DNA of 62,741 nucleotides, the filler included, from Klebsormidium nitens (Eukaryota; Plantae; Klebsormidiophyceae), in assembly GCA_000708835.1 (NCBI GenBank). It is 6 parts of 6 records of this genome, joined end to end, with 100 filler letters (N's around TTAATTAATTAA, not from the genome) between each part and the next. Parts side by side here need not be neighbours in the genome. Positions count along the whole stretch, not along the records: positions 1 to 6,023 come from DF238427.1; positions 6,124 to 16,119 come from DF238177.1; 4 more parts are not named here. The stretch is one strand, 5' to 3'. Numbering within the stretch: position 1 is the stretch's first letter; each line of letters starts with the position of its first letter. Both the position numbers and the translations under genes were made by a program. The notes under the pieces are model-generated. The model had not been told where the DNA came from. It was given only the letters and a program-made list of their open reading frames with translations, and did not search any database. Below, one piece after another: positions 1 through 9,400 of the stretch.

Positions 1-545
1 TCGCGCAGGAGTACAATCACGTAGTTAAGGGCATACTAGGCCCGGGAGTGGCCTTTGATGCCGTCGCCGTAGGATCATATGCGCACCGCAACCGCCGGTT
101 TTGGACAAACGGCATACCATTTGCCCTATTAGAAAACATGGTGCAACATGCATTTCAAAACCTACCTACCCAAACAGTATGCGACATAATTGAAAACCAT
201 CATGAAGCACAGCTAGCTGCTCATGCATCGGTGCCAGGAAACTACGCAGTCAACGAAGTAGGCGAACCAATACGAGCTTTTGCCACATTCGTAACAGTCA
301 AGGGTTCACATGCGTATAGAGATAATGGGCACAGCCTACTTATTAATACAAACACCGGAACCTTAGAAGAGCCAACTGCTAATGAAAGAGAAGCTGCCAT
401 GGGATTCATGGTAGGAACAACTGCGCATGAAGCAGTTTCAGAGGCAGAGCGCAGGAGAATGCTCGGAGGCACCATGGATATGTTTCAAATTAAATTCCTA
501 ATAGGAGCAATCATGGTCTTTCAGCACGCCTTCTTCCTAAATTGA
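1..545 (+). pseudogene. DNMT3-like C5 cytosine methyltransferase, C-terminal half (motifs VIII-X), within the retrotransposon pol frame
   Basis: FDAVAVGSYAHRNRRFWTN resembles DNMT3 IDAKEVSAAHRARYFWGN. EREAAMGF..GTT...VSEAERRRMLGGTMDMFQIKFL resembles DNMT3 ELERIFGFP.HYTD..NMSR.ARQRLLGRSWSVPVIRHL. The frame is open from the window start. Confidence 0.8.
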
Positions 546-1169
546 CGGCGCGCTGAGTCACAACTAGCCAAAATACGAGATCCTAGTGTGACTCGCCTAG
601 CAATTTTGAGCAACCTGCCAACAACTCACCTCATATCCCCTCACGAATTACATAAATTAGCAGTGATCAATCACAGATCAGTTATGTCTCACCCCGACTA
701 CCGCAGCAGATTGCATAGCGAACGCCCCGGGTGGTATGTTTCCTATGCAACGGGGGGGGGAGACTAGATTCACTCTGCCAATTATTACCTGAATACAAAA
801 ACAAATTCAGAAGATCAAGCAGGCACAACAGTTAGCTTAAACCAGACTAACTCAAACCAAGATAGCCTTGACCATCCCCTCAGCAGACAAGAAGCCAAAC
901 TTCAACTGAGACGCGCAAGAAAAGGCGGAGAACGCTCGCCCGGCGAGCACGGGAATCAAAAATATGATTCCAAGGATCAGCCAGAGAACGGCAGATCAGC
1001 CGGACATCCAACGCAGGACAGTTCAGGCCCGCAGCCAAGACGCGCTGCCGGCACCTCGGACCAGCCGAAGGAAGCCAATAAGCAGACATATCCGACGACA
1101 GGACCTGCAAAGGACAAAGGTTTAACTGTAAATCCTGCAAAAACAGCAGAACAAGAATGGAGCTGGCCT

Positions 1170-2843
1170 ATGGGAGAATCGCTGACAGAGACACAGCAGA
1201 CACAACTAACTGAACTCCTAGACAGCTTTAAGGACATCTTTGCTTTCAATATGCAAGAGATGACTACCATTCCTGGAGTGGAAGTCGAAATTCCAGTCAG
1301 CAACGAGACACCAATATTCAAACATCAGTACCGGTTAGCGCAGTCAGAAAAAGAAGACTTGGCGTAGCAAGTGGCAGAACGCCTCAAGAATGGCCTCATC
1401 AGACCATCAACTTCACAATGGGCCTCCCCCATTACTATGCAACCAAAGAAGGACGAAAACGGAGATTGGACGCAGCGCAGAGCTTGCGGAGACCACCGTG
1501 GCCTTAACCGAGTAAGTGTCACTGACCACTACCAGATACCAACACCAGAAGAAATATTCGACGTCATAGGCGATGCTAAAGTCTTCACTACTTTAGATTT
1601 TCGGCAAGGTTACAATCAGATACGGATCGCAGAAAATGATCGCTGCAAGACCGCATTCTGGGGAGCAGATGGGTTATACGAATGGTTGGTTATGCCATTT
1701 GGGTTGGAAAATGCACCAGCATTCTTTCAGAAGGTCATGCCAGACCAAACCCTCCGTGCCGAAAGGGCTTTTTGCCGCTGCTACATTGATGACTTAATTG
1801 TGTTTAGCAGAACTTTCGAAGAACACCTCAACCACCTGAAACAAGTGTTTCAACGACTCAGAGATAGAGGAGTCAAATGCCATCCTAAGAAGATGCGCGC
1901 CGCCGTACCCGACGTAGGATATCTGGGACACCTAATCGTCCCCGAAGGAACCGCAGTGCAGGAGAAGAAGGTGGAAGCAATCTTAAGAATCCCACCCCCT
2001 CCAGATGTAAGCGCACTAAGAGCCTTCCTAGGAAATGCCGGATACTATCGGAAGTTCGTAAAGAATTACAGTAAAATAGCACACCCACTAAATCACTTGC
2101 TACAGGAAGGAATATCATATGACTGGACGACTGAGTGCCAAACAGCGTTTGATACGCTAAAGACGCACCTAACAGAAGCACCCATCCTTCGCAGGCCCGA
2201 CTTCAACCGCGAGTTCGGATTGCACACCGACTGGAGTGCACAAGGGCTTGGTGCAGTACTCACCCAGCGGGATGATGAAGACAACGAGTACGTCGTTGCC
2301 TATGCCAGTCGCAGTTGTAACAAAACGGAACGCAACTACTCCAGCTACCACGGTGAGTGCCTAGCTGCGGTCTGGGCTGTTTCCCACTTCAAGTATTACT
2401 TGTACGGCCGCAAGTTTACTCTGATTACAGACCATGAACCGTTGGAATGGTTAATGACCAATGAGAAGCTACGGGGAATGCACGCCAGGTGGGCTAACAT
2501 TCTTCAAGAGTATGACATCTACATCAAACACAGGTCTGGCGTTAAAAACCTAGATGCAGATGGATTGTCTCGCAATCCGCTTCCGTCAGAGGTAGATTCT
2601 ACCGGTGCCAGAATGGACCACGTCCAACCGAACGAATCGAGTAAAAATCGCACCTCAGAGCGATCCAGTGCCACTAGAAGTCAGAAAGACACTGAAGCTT
2701 CGAATAGCCTGCTGACTATTCAGAAGGAGGGGATTGCTAACGAGAGCAAGCCGCCCTCAGTTGACTCGCCCAGTGTAATAGCCACAATGCTAGCTAGAAC
2801 TGTTAGTCAACAATGGACTGCTAAGTCGACTGAAAGCAGCTAG
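1170..2843 (+). pseudogene. Reverse transcriptase + RNase H (Ty3/Gypsy pol), one internal TAG at 1365-1367
   Basis: IRPSTSQWASP, LDFRQGYNQI, VMPFGLENAPAFFQ and YIDD for RT. TDWS..GLGAVL, VAYASRSCNKTERNYS and TDHEPL for RNase H. Confidence 0.95.
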
Positions 2844-3223
2844 GGACGACCAATCCAGAGCGAAGTCTATCCTTTCCATCATGCAAGTCGACATGTGCAT
2901 GCAGGCTCAAAGAGCAGAGGCCTGAACCCGGGAACAACAAGCCAAGTTGACTCCTATATTGTGCTGAGACTGTCGACGGGGGACCTGCCGACTACAGGAC
3001 ACGTCATGAAGCAAAAGGCATGCGCTTCAAGGCAACTTCGCCCTAGGGTAAGTGCTGACACCTCAACCATAACCCATGCCAATCAACCGCACGAAGCACA
3101 AGATCCCCGAACCGCCCAGGATCTTCATGTCACTCAGGAATTGCGATTCCCTCTGGCGAATCTTCCGCGCAAGCTCCTCTACAAGTCAATTCTGCCTCAG
3201 ACCAATCCCAACCAGAATTAGAC

Positions 3224-4792
3224 TTGGTAACTAAGTCAGTTGCCGGCGTCACGGGCACAGACGCAACCGACTCTCACTTCCAGGGGACAGATAAAGATGG
3301 CGACCTCCTAGGTGACGACCCGGAGATGGCCCCCATCCCTGATATCTGGTCTGATCACAACACAATACAATATCTGCAGGATAATTGTGTCTACCCAAGC
3401 CACTGCGCCAGCCCCAAGGAACGGGACCGAATACGGCGAAGAGCACAGAGCTACTACAAGTTTGAAAACCATGCTCTCATGAAGCTGACCAATGATGGTA
3501 TCTTAAAACGAGTACCGGCGCCCGAAGCTAGGGCAGCCTTAGTAGCCGACATACATCGGCAACTAGGTCATTTCGGTGTAAGAAGAACTTACTCCCTCTT
3601 AGAACCCACACACTGGTGGGTCGGAATGTACGAACAAATCGCGCAGCTAGTAGCTAGCTGTCAAGTGTGCGACCGAGTAAAGACCAGTTTCAACATCAAA
3701 GATTCAGTACTCAAACCTTTGCCGATCATGGGTTTAGGGTACCGGTGGAGTTGCGACCTCGCAGGGCCGCTTCCCCCATCAACAACTGGATATCTCTACA
3801 TTATGGTCATGATAGAACACTTTTCGAAGTGGCTAGAATTAGTTCCACTTCCTGATAACAATTCAGAAGAAACTGCAAAGGCTTTTCTTCAAGTCTGCAC
3901 CCACTGTGGCGCACCTGCCGAAGTACTCACTGACTCTCAGGGACAGGAATTCCAAGGAGAATTTGACACCCTATGTAAAGAACTCTTGATTGATCATCGC
4001 GAAACCTCACGCGATCACCCTCAAGCTGACGGCCTCGTTGAACGCGCTGTTCAAACAACTAAGCGAGCCGTGCGTAAATATGTATTAACACATGCAGTTG
4101 ATACCTGGGATAAGTGGATTCCTTGGATTGCCATGGGATACCGCATGTCAAAGCAAGAATCACTAGGAGACTATTCACCTTACTTCCTAATGTTTGGCAG
4201 ACATCCCGTGGTAGGAGCAACCCTCCGAGAAATGGTCAACACACCGGTTGACCTAGATAGCCCTGACACGTGGAACGAAGTCATAACTGCACGTGCAGAG
4301 GAATTCAAGAAAGCTATACCCATAGCCTTCAACAACTTGCAAGCAGCGCAACACCGAGATACCCTATGGTATGCCAAAACCCGAACTGGCAACTGGAGCC
4401 CTAAAGTCAAACGGTTCGAGGTAGGAGACCTTGTCTACCTGCGTCGCAAGAAAGTAGACACGCTCGACGTAAATGTCGGCCGCATTATTCAGAGAATAAA
4501 AGAGGTCCTGCCCAATGGCGTACTCAGGCTGCAAGGCAGAGACGGCAAAACGGTCAAAGATCACGTTGAGAACTGTGCTCCGTGTCACAACCCAGCCATA
4601 GACCTCACAATGGACACTACACTTTTCGGATACGATGAGGACTGGGCCTGTCAAATTTGCAAAAAGACAAACCGACCTGCCAAAATGCTTATATGCGACT
4701 ACTGTAGCGAAGGCTACCACATGGACTGTCTGGACCCACCCATCTTGAGAATTCCGAAAGGAGATTGGTTTTGCCCACGATGCGCTTTATAA
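3224..4792 (+). CDS. Retroviral-type integrase (HHCC Zn finger + DDE core) with C-terminal PHD finger
   Basis: HRQLGH...CQVC, then DLAGP, TDSQG and VERAVQT for the DDE core. CQIC..CDYC..GYHMDC..WFCPRC (C4HC3 PHD) at about 4649-4783. Confidence 0.93.
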   Translation: MVTKSVAGVTGTDATDSHFQGTDKDGDLLGDDPEMAPIPDIWSDHNTIQYLQDNCVYPSHCASPKERDRIRRRAQSYYKFENHALMKLTNDGILKRVPAPEARAALVADIHRQLGHFGVRRTYSLLEPTHWWVGMYEQIAQLVASCQVCDRVKTSFNIKDSVLKPLPIMGLGYRWSCDLAGPLPPSTTGYLYIMVMIEHFSKWLELVPLPDNNSEETAKAFLQVCTHCGAPAEVLTDSQGQEFQGEFDTLCKELLIDHRETSRDHPQADGLVERAVQTTKRAVRKYVLTHAVDTWDKWIPWIAMGYRMSKQESLGDYSPYFLMFGRHPVVGATLREMVNTPVDLDSPDTWNEVITARAEEFKKAIPIAFNNLQAAQHRDTLWYAKTRTGNWSPKVKRFEVGDLVYLRRKKVDTLDVNVGRIIQRIKEVLPNGVLRLQGRDGKTVKDHVENCAPCHNPAIDLTMDTTLFGYDEDWACQICKKTNRPAKMLICDYCSEGYHMDCLDPPILRIPKGDWFCPRCAL

Positions 4793-4801
4793 TTTCAAAG
4801 C

Positions 4802-4812
4802 AAGAAAGGGGG
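4802..4812 (+). promoter_or_regulatory. Possible polypurine tract of the Gypsy element
   Basis: AAGAAAGGGGG lies about 10 nt after the integrase stop. It is not followed by a canonical TG LTR start, so the call is uncertain. Confidence 0.35.
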
Positions 4813-4936
4813 CAACGTTTTAACTATGCTTTCACTTATGCAGGAAGCATGGCGTCCAGCTCAACACAACCATCAGGGTTAAAACAAGTTCAGGGTTCAG
4901 GTTGGGGCCCACCCCCAACTCCTGGTCTGGAAGATC

Positions 4937-5556
4937 NNNNNNNNNNNNNNNNNNNNNNNNNNNNNNNNNNNNNNNNNNNNNNNNNNNNNNNNNNNNNNNN
5001 NNNNNNNNNNNNNNNNNNNNNNNNNNNNNNNNNNNNNNNNNNNNNNNNNNNNNNNNNNNNNNNNNNNNNNNNNNNNNNNNNNNNNNNNNNNNNNNNNNNN
5101 NNNNNNNNNNNNNNNNNNNNNNNNNNNNNNNNNNNNNNNNNNNNNNNNNNNNNNNNNNNNNNNNNNNNNNNNNNNNNNNNNNNNNNNNNNNNNNNNNNNN
5201 NNNNNNNNNNNNNNNNNNNNNNNNNNNNNNNNNNNNNNNNNNNNNNNNNNNNNNNNNNNNNNNNNNNNNNNNNNNNNNNNNNNNNNNNNNNNNNNNNNNN
5301 NNNNNNNNNNNNNNNNNNNNNNNNNNNNNNNNNNNNNNNNNNNNNNNNNNNNNNNNNNNNNNNNNNNNNNNNNNNNNNNNNNNNNNNNNNNNNNNNNNNN
5401 NNNNNNNNNNNNNNNNNNNNNNNNNNNNNNNNNNNNNNNNNNNNNNNNNNNNNNNNNNNNNNNNNNNNNNNNNNNNNNNNNNNNNNNNNNNNNNNNNNNN
5501 NNNNNNNNNNNNNNNNNNNNNNNNNNNNNNNNNNNNNNNNNNNNNNNNNNNNNNNT
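4937..5556. other. Assembly gap (620 N)
   Basis: Run of N. Confidence 0.99.
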
Positions 5557-5895
5557 AATCGAATCAAACAGCTAGTGCATAGCTACCGCACTTGGTATGC
5601 ACTCATTGACCAGATGCACAGGGAATTGCTTGCACTGGAAAAGGACAACGATCTTGATCGCACATCGATCAGCGTGCGCCAGTATTTACTTGCCAAATGG
5701 CCGCGCACTGAGTTCAACGAAGTATTGGAGGAGTGCGCCGCGCAATTTCCCCAGGGAACCATCACCACCAGACGCATGAGTACACCGCGCAGAGACGCAA
5801 TGTTAGAATTCATCGAGCGCCAAGTCGATGTGGGACAAAGTACTCATACCGCGGACTGCACCTATTTCTTCATGCAACGGTACGGCAACATTTAG
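5557..5895 (+). CDS. Hypothetical ORF fragment, 5' end in gap
   Basis: About 112 open codons (NRIKQLVHSYRTWY...MQRYGNI), A-rich like the neighbouring retroelement. No domain recognised. Confidence 0.35.
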   Translation, partial: NRIKQLVHSYRTWYALIDQMHRELLALEKDNDLDRTSISVRQYLLAKWPRTEFNEVLEECAAQFPQGTITTRRMSTPRRDAMLEFIERQVDVGQSTHTADCTYFFMQRYGNI

Positions 5896-6023
5896 GATCA
5901 ATCTGTGAACAGGTAAAACTACGCCCCCGCTCCGTGATCTTGGGTCAGAGCCGATGCCATACTTGTATGGTGGCAAGGAATAACTCTCCACATGTCAATC
6001 TAACACATAGCAACTCACAGGAA

Positions 6024-6123
6024 NNNNNNNNNNNNNNNNNNNNNNNNNNNNNNNNNNNNNNNNNNNNTTAATTAATTAANNNNNNNNNNNNNNNNNNNNN
6101 NNNNNNNNNNNNNNNNNNNNNNN
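6024..6123. other. Assembly gap placeholder (44 N + TTAATTAATTAA + 44 N); same at 16120-16219, 37806-37905, 42948-43047, 57954-58053
   Basis: An identical 100-bp construct occurs five times. The 12-mer places stops in all six frames. Confidence 0.97.
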
Positions 6124-6461
6124 ACAGGCCAGAAAGCATTGCGCAAAGTCGGACTAACGATGTTGAAATAGCCTTTCGATCTTCCACCGTGGCACGCAAT
6201 CCAGCGGTTGAAGTGACAGTGGCTCACAGAGAGTTCCGGGGGGGTCGTTGGATCCAGAAGGCGGCACACATCTGGGGGCGGGCGACCATTCCGTTCCGCT
6301 CTGGCGAGCAGCAAGCCAGGTTAATCAGAACTCAGAACAGCTAGTTAGGCTTAAGCCCTGGTTAAGGTTTGAACTTGAAGTTGCAAGGCAGCCTGGCAAG
6401 CTTCCCTAGCTGCGTCTTTGTTTTGGCATGAGAAGGAGCTCTGACAGGTACCAACCGAAGC

Positions 6462-9400
6462 ATGGCGTCTGGCCCGGTTGAAGCTGCGGGAGCCGCAGCC
6501 TATGATCCAAGAAGTGAGGACGAAGTTTGTGCAACAGATTTGGCAGCCTGGTGTCACAGCCAAGTAACGCCACCTCCAGACTGGAAGGACAAAAAGTCAC
6601 TGCCCCCTTGGATAATCCCTGAAATAAACCCCAAGAAAGGGCCATCAAAAGGTCAGGCTCCTGACCCTAGGTACTGGCCTAACATGAAAAGGGAGTACCC
6701 AAACGCTGTGCAAGCTAGTAGGGGCCAAGATTTTCTGCACCCCAATCACTTCCATCTGGCTGGCAAAGTTGTCTACTTTGTTTTCTGGCAATTCTTCTTT
6801 GGGGAGCTAATCCCCATCATCTGCTGCCCCAAGTGTGAGAGTGCTGACAGGGTCTGTGGTGACGGCTGGTCTCTAGACAAGATGAGGAGAGTGTGTAGTG
6901 CGAACGCGCCCGCTTTCCTATTCAGCAAGGTCTTCCGGTGTGGGAAGGGCAAGAAGGTGGGAGAGGGTTGCCCAGGTGAGTTTGTCATGTACTCTCTTTT
7001 GCACGGTGTCTTGTCGACTTTGCCACATTCTGAAGTATGCATGATAGCGCTGGCCCTGCAGAAACTTACATGTTGGTCGTGTTGGCTTCTCTGATGGTGA
7101 AAATATCATTGGCATGTTGACACAGTTTTCTGTCTTGCTTTGTAGCTGCACATTGCAGTGTCAATATTGTCCTGACAATCACAAAGCTTCAAAGTTTGCC
7201 ATCTGATTTGCAAGCACAACTATGAATATCTGCATCCGTTCTGCTGAAGTGGCAATCTGCTTCTCATGTGGTTGCTCGTCTTGCAGCAAATGGTGGCAAG
7301 GCCTACCAGTTCCGCTCTCATGATGAGGGCGTGCTGGACCAGATTCGGCGCAAGCAACCAGCTGTCTTGGAGCAGCTCGCAATCGTTTTCACCCGAGGGG
7401 GAGCTATCGAGCGCAGTCTTCTTGACACCATGGTTCGCAATGTTGTAAGCGGGGCGTCTCTGGCCGATCAGCAAAAGATGGTGCGCGAGGCGCACATGCG
7501 CACTTTTGTCCAGCACAAAGCCACATACATCCAGTACGCTGCAGCAAGAGTCAAACTCCGACAGCAGCAGAGCGGGGCACTTCTTTTCCCCGGAGTTGCT
7601 CAGCCAACCCCTCCGGCCCCTGCTGATTTTGGAGAGTATGGGGACAGGGCGGGATACCGGGGCTGGATTCCTTCAACGTCCTGGCTAGCAGGTTAGTCAA
7701 AACAAGTTGGGGAAGCTTGTACCTACATCGACTTGGAACGTGCGGCGCGCTCCAGAGCGTCGCAAGTTGAGCGCACCTGAAGCATGTTGCTATATGTTGC
7801 TGCCGTTGTTGCAACAATTCCTGTTGTCAAAAACCTAGGTTGCAAGGACTTCATTTGTAGGCAACTTCTTATGAGCACTGATTGGATTCTGCAGACTTTT
7901 TGGGACCACGCTGTGACTTGTTTGAGCATTTAACAAGAGTCCAACGGGCAATCAAACATTCTGGACAATTTCTTCCAGTCACTATTCGGTCAAATGGTTT
8001 GGTTGAACCTGGAACCTGAAAAAAGAACGCTGATCAGATTATCTGTTACAGTTTGGCATGGGCACCCTTTGGCTTGCTGCTGGTCTCTAAGTAATGTGCA
8101 CTCCCAAGTCAGCTTTTCGAACCTGCAAATCTGGGTGCCTAGCAATGTGAGGTGATCTGTTACTGCAAGCCCAACCTCATATGGGCTTTTCTCTAATACA
8201 GGTGTCATCCTTGCGTCCCTCACTGGGCGGCTTGCGTTTCTTGAGCGCCACCTCGCTGCGGTGGATGGGGTTTTCTGGCGGGGAGATCATACCTTCCAAG
8301 CAGCCTCTCGAATTCGATCAGCTGACGGGCGCAAAGACTATGCAGCCATCTACTCGGTGATGAACGAGTGGTCGCAGATCGTCGGGCAGTGGGCTGTGGG
8401 GGACACCTCATTTGACGAGTATGCTGTGGGCCTGCGGGATGTCCTCAAACGTTACGATGACCATGGGTTTCAGGTGCGCTCAATATCACCCTTTAAGAAG
8501 AATGCTTGAATTGGGCGGGTCTGTCTTGTTCGCGACAACTCTTGAAAGGCTGATGCGTTGAAGCAGTGCTCCTTTTGATGTACATACGAGAATCATGCTG
8601 AGTACCTATTTCATTCCCTGCCAAGTTAGGCCGTAGTACTCTGAAGAACGAGAGGTGCAACGGAAGAACAGAGCACCAAAACCTGCCCAATATGCCCTGA
8701 GGAACTTTATATTGGTGTTATCCTACGCACGTCTCTAGATCTTGCCACTTTGCCAAGTTTGTTTTACTGGATTCAGTCATTCTGGTCACAGCTGCCCAAG
8801 TTCATGTGGGTCGACAACTCCCGAACGGTCGCCGCCCAGCTGTACGGTGCCATACCCAGTCTCAGCTGGGTTCTGGAAGATGCCACCCACGTCATGCGTC
8901 GGGTTTTTGAGACCATTCCGGATGCCCACTCTCTCAAAGGTAGGAGTATCGTGTCAGCTTGTTGTTGGGCAATGGTTCAAGTGCTGAGGACGCATGCAAA
9001 ACCCCCTCACTTTGATTCGAGTGTGCTTTCCCCTTGTGTTTCTTCTGCTCTTCATGAAGTCTAGACCGAGGGTTATTTGAAGACGGTGGAACCTGCACTG
9101 GCTGGTTGTCAGTACTGACTGTATTGTATGCACTTCCGGATTCAAATTTTGTCTTCGCATCATGTGAAAGCTTTTGCCTTCTTGGGTTGCACGAACACAG
9201 CGCGCAACGCATGTTACTGGAGCCCATTGTGTGAACCAACAGAAGATTGGTCTAACAAAGAGCTTGTTCTTCTTATACAGCTGACTTTTGTCGGGACTAC
9301 TCGGGCGCGATGTTCAAGATCCACCAGCCGGACAAGTGGGCTTTGCGCGAGTTTCTCCTGGAAGGAGGTCCGGGAAGGCGAAAGTGGACACAAGCTGAGG

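Larger units (their letters stand above)
1..4792 (+). mobile_element. Ty3/Gypsy LTR retrotransposon internal region (DNMT3-like - RT - RNase H - integrase - PHD), degenerate, 5' part outside window
   Basis: Domain order RT-RH-IN. One reading frame runs from position 3 to 3221, broken by stops at 543, 765, 1365 and 2841. A frameshift between about 3047 and 3219 leads into the integrase frame ending at 4792. Confidence 0.93.

Noticed and set aside
1730-3940. Apparent single-codon insertions in pol (KVMPDQ, TDSQG, SYYK) as transposon footprints
   Set aside because: Only one is a tandem 3-bp duplication, and they cannot be told from family-specific sequence without an alignment.
4793-4936. 3' LTR of the Gypsy element
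   Set aside because: No TG start after the purine tract, no partner LTR in the window, and the sequence runs into a gap.
4765-5895. Long ORFs spanning N-runs (376 aa, 225 aa, 218 aa and similar at other gaps)
   Set aside because: Artefacts of translating N as X.
6068-6079. Perfect palindrome TTAATTAATTAA repeated five times in the window
   Set aside because: It is always centred in 44 N + 44 N, so it is an assembly gap linker with six-frame stops, not biology.
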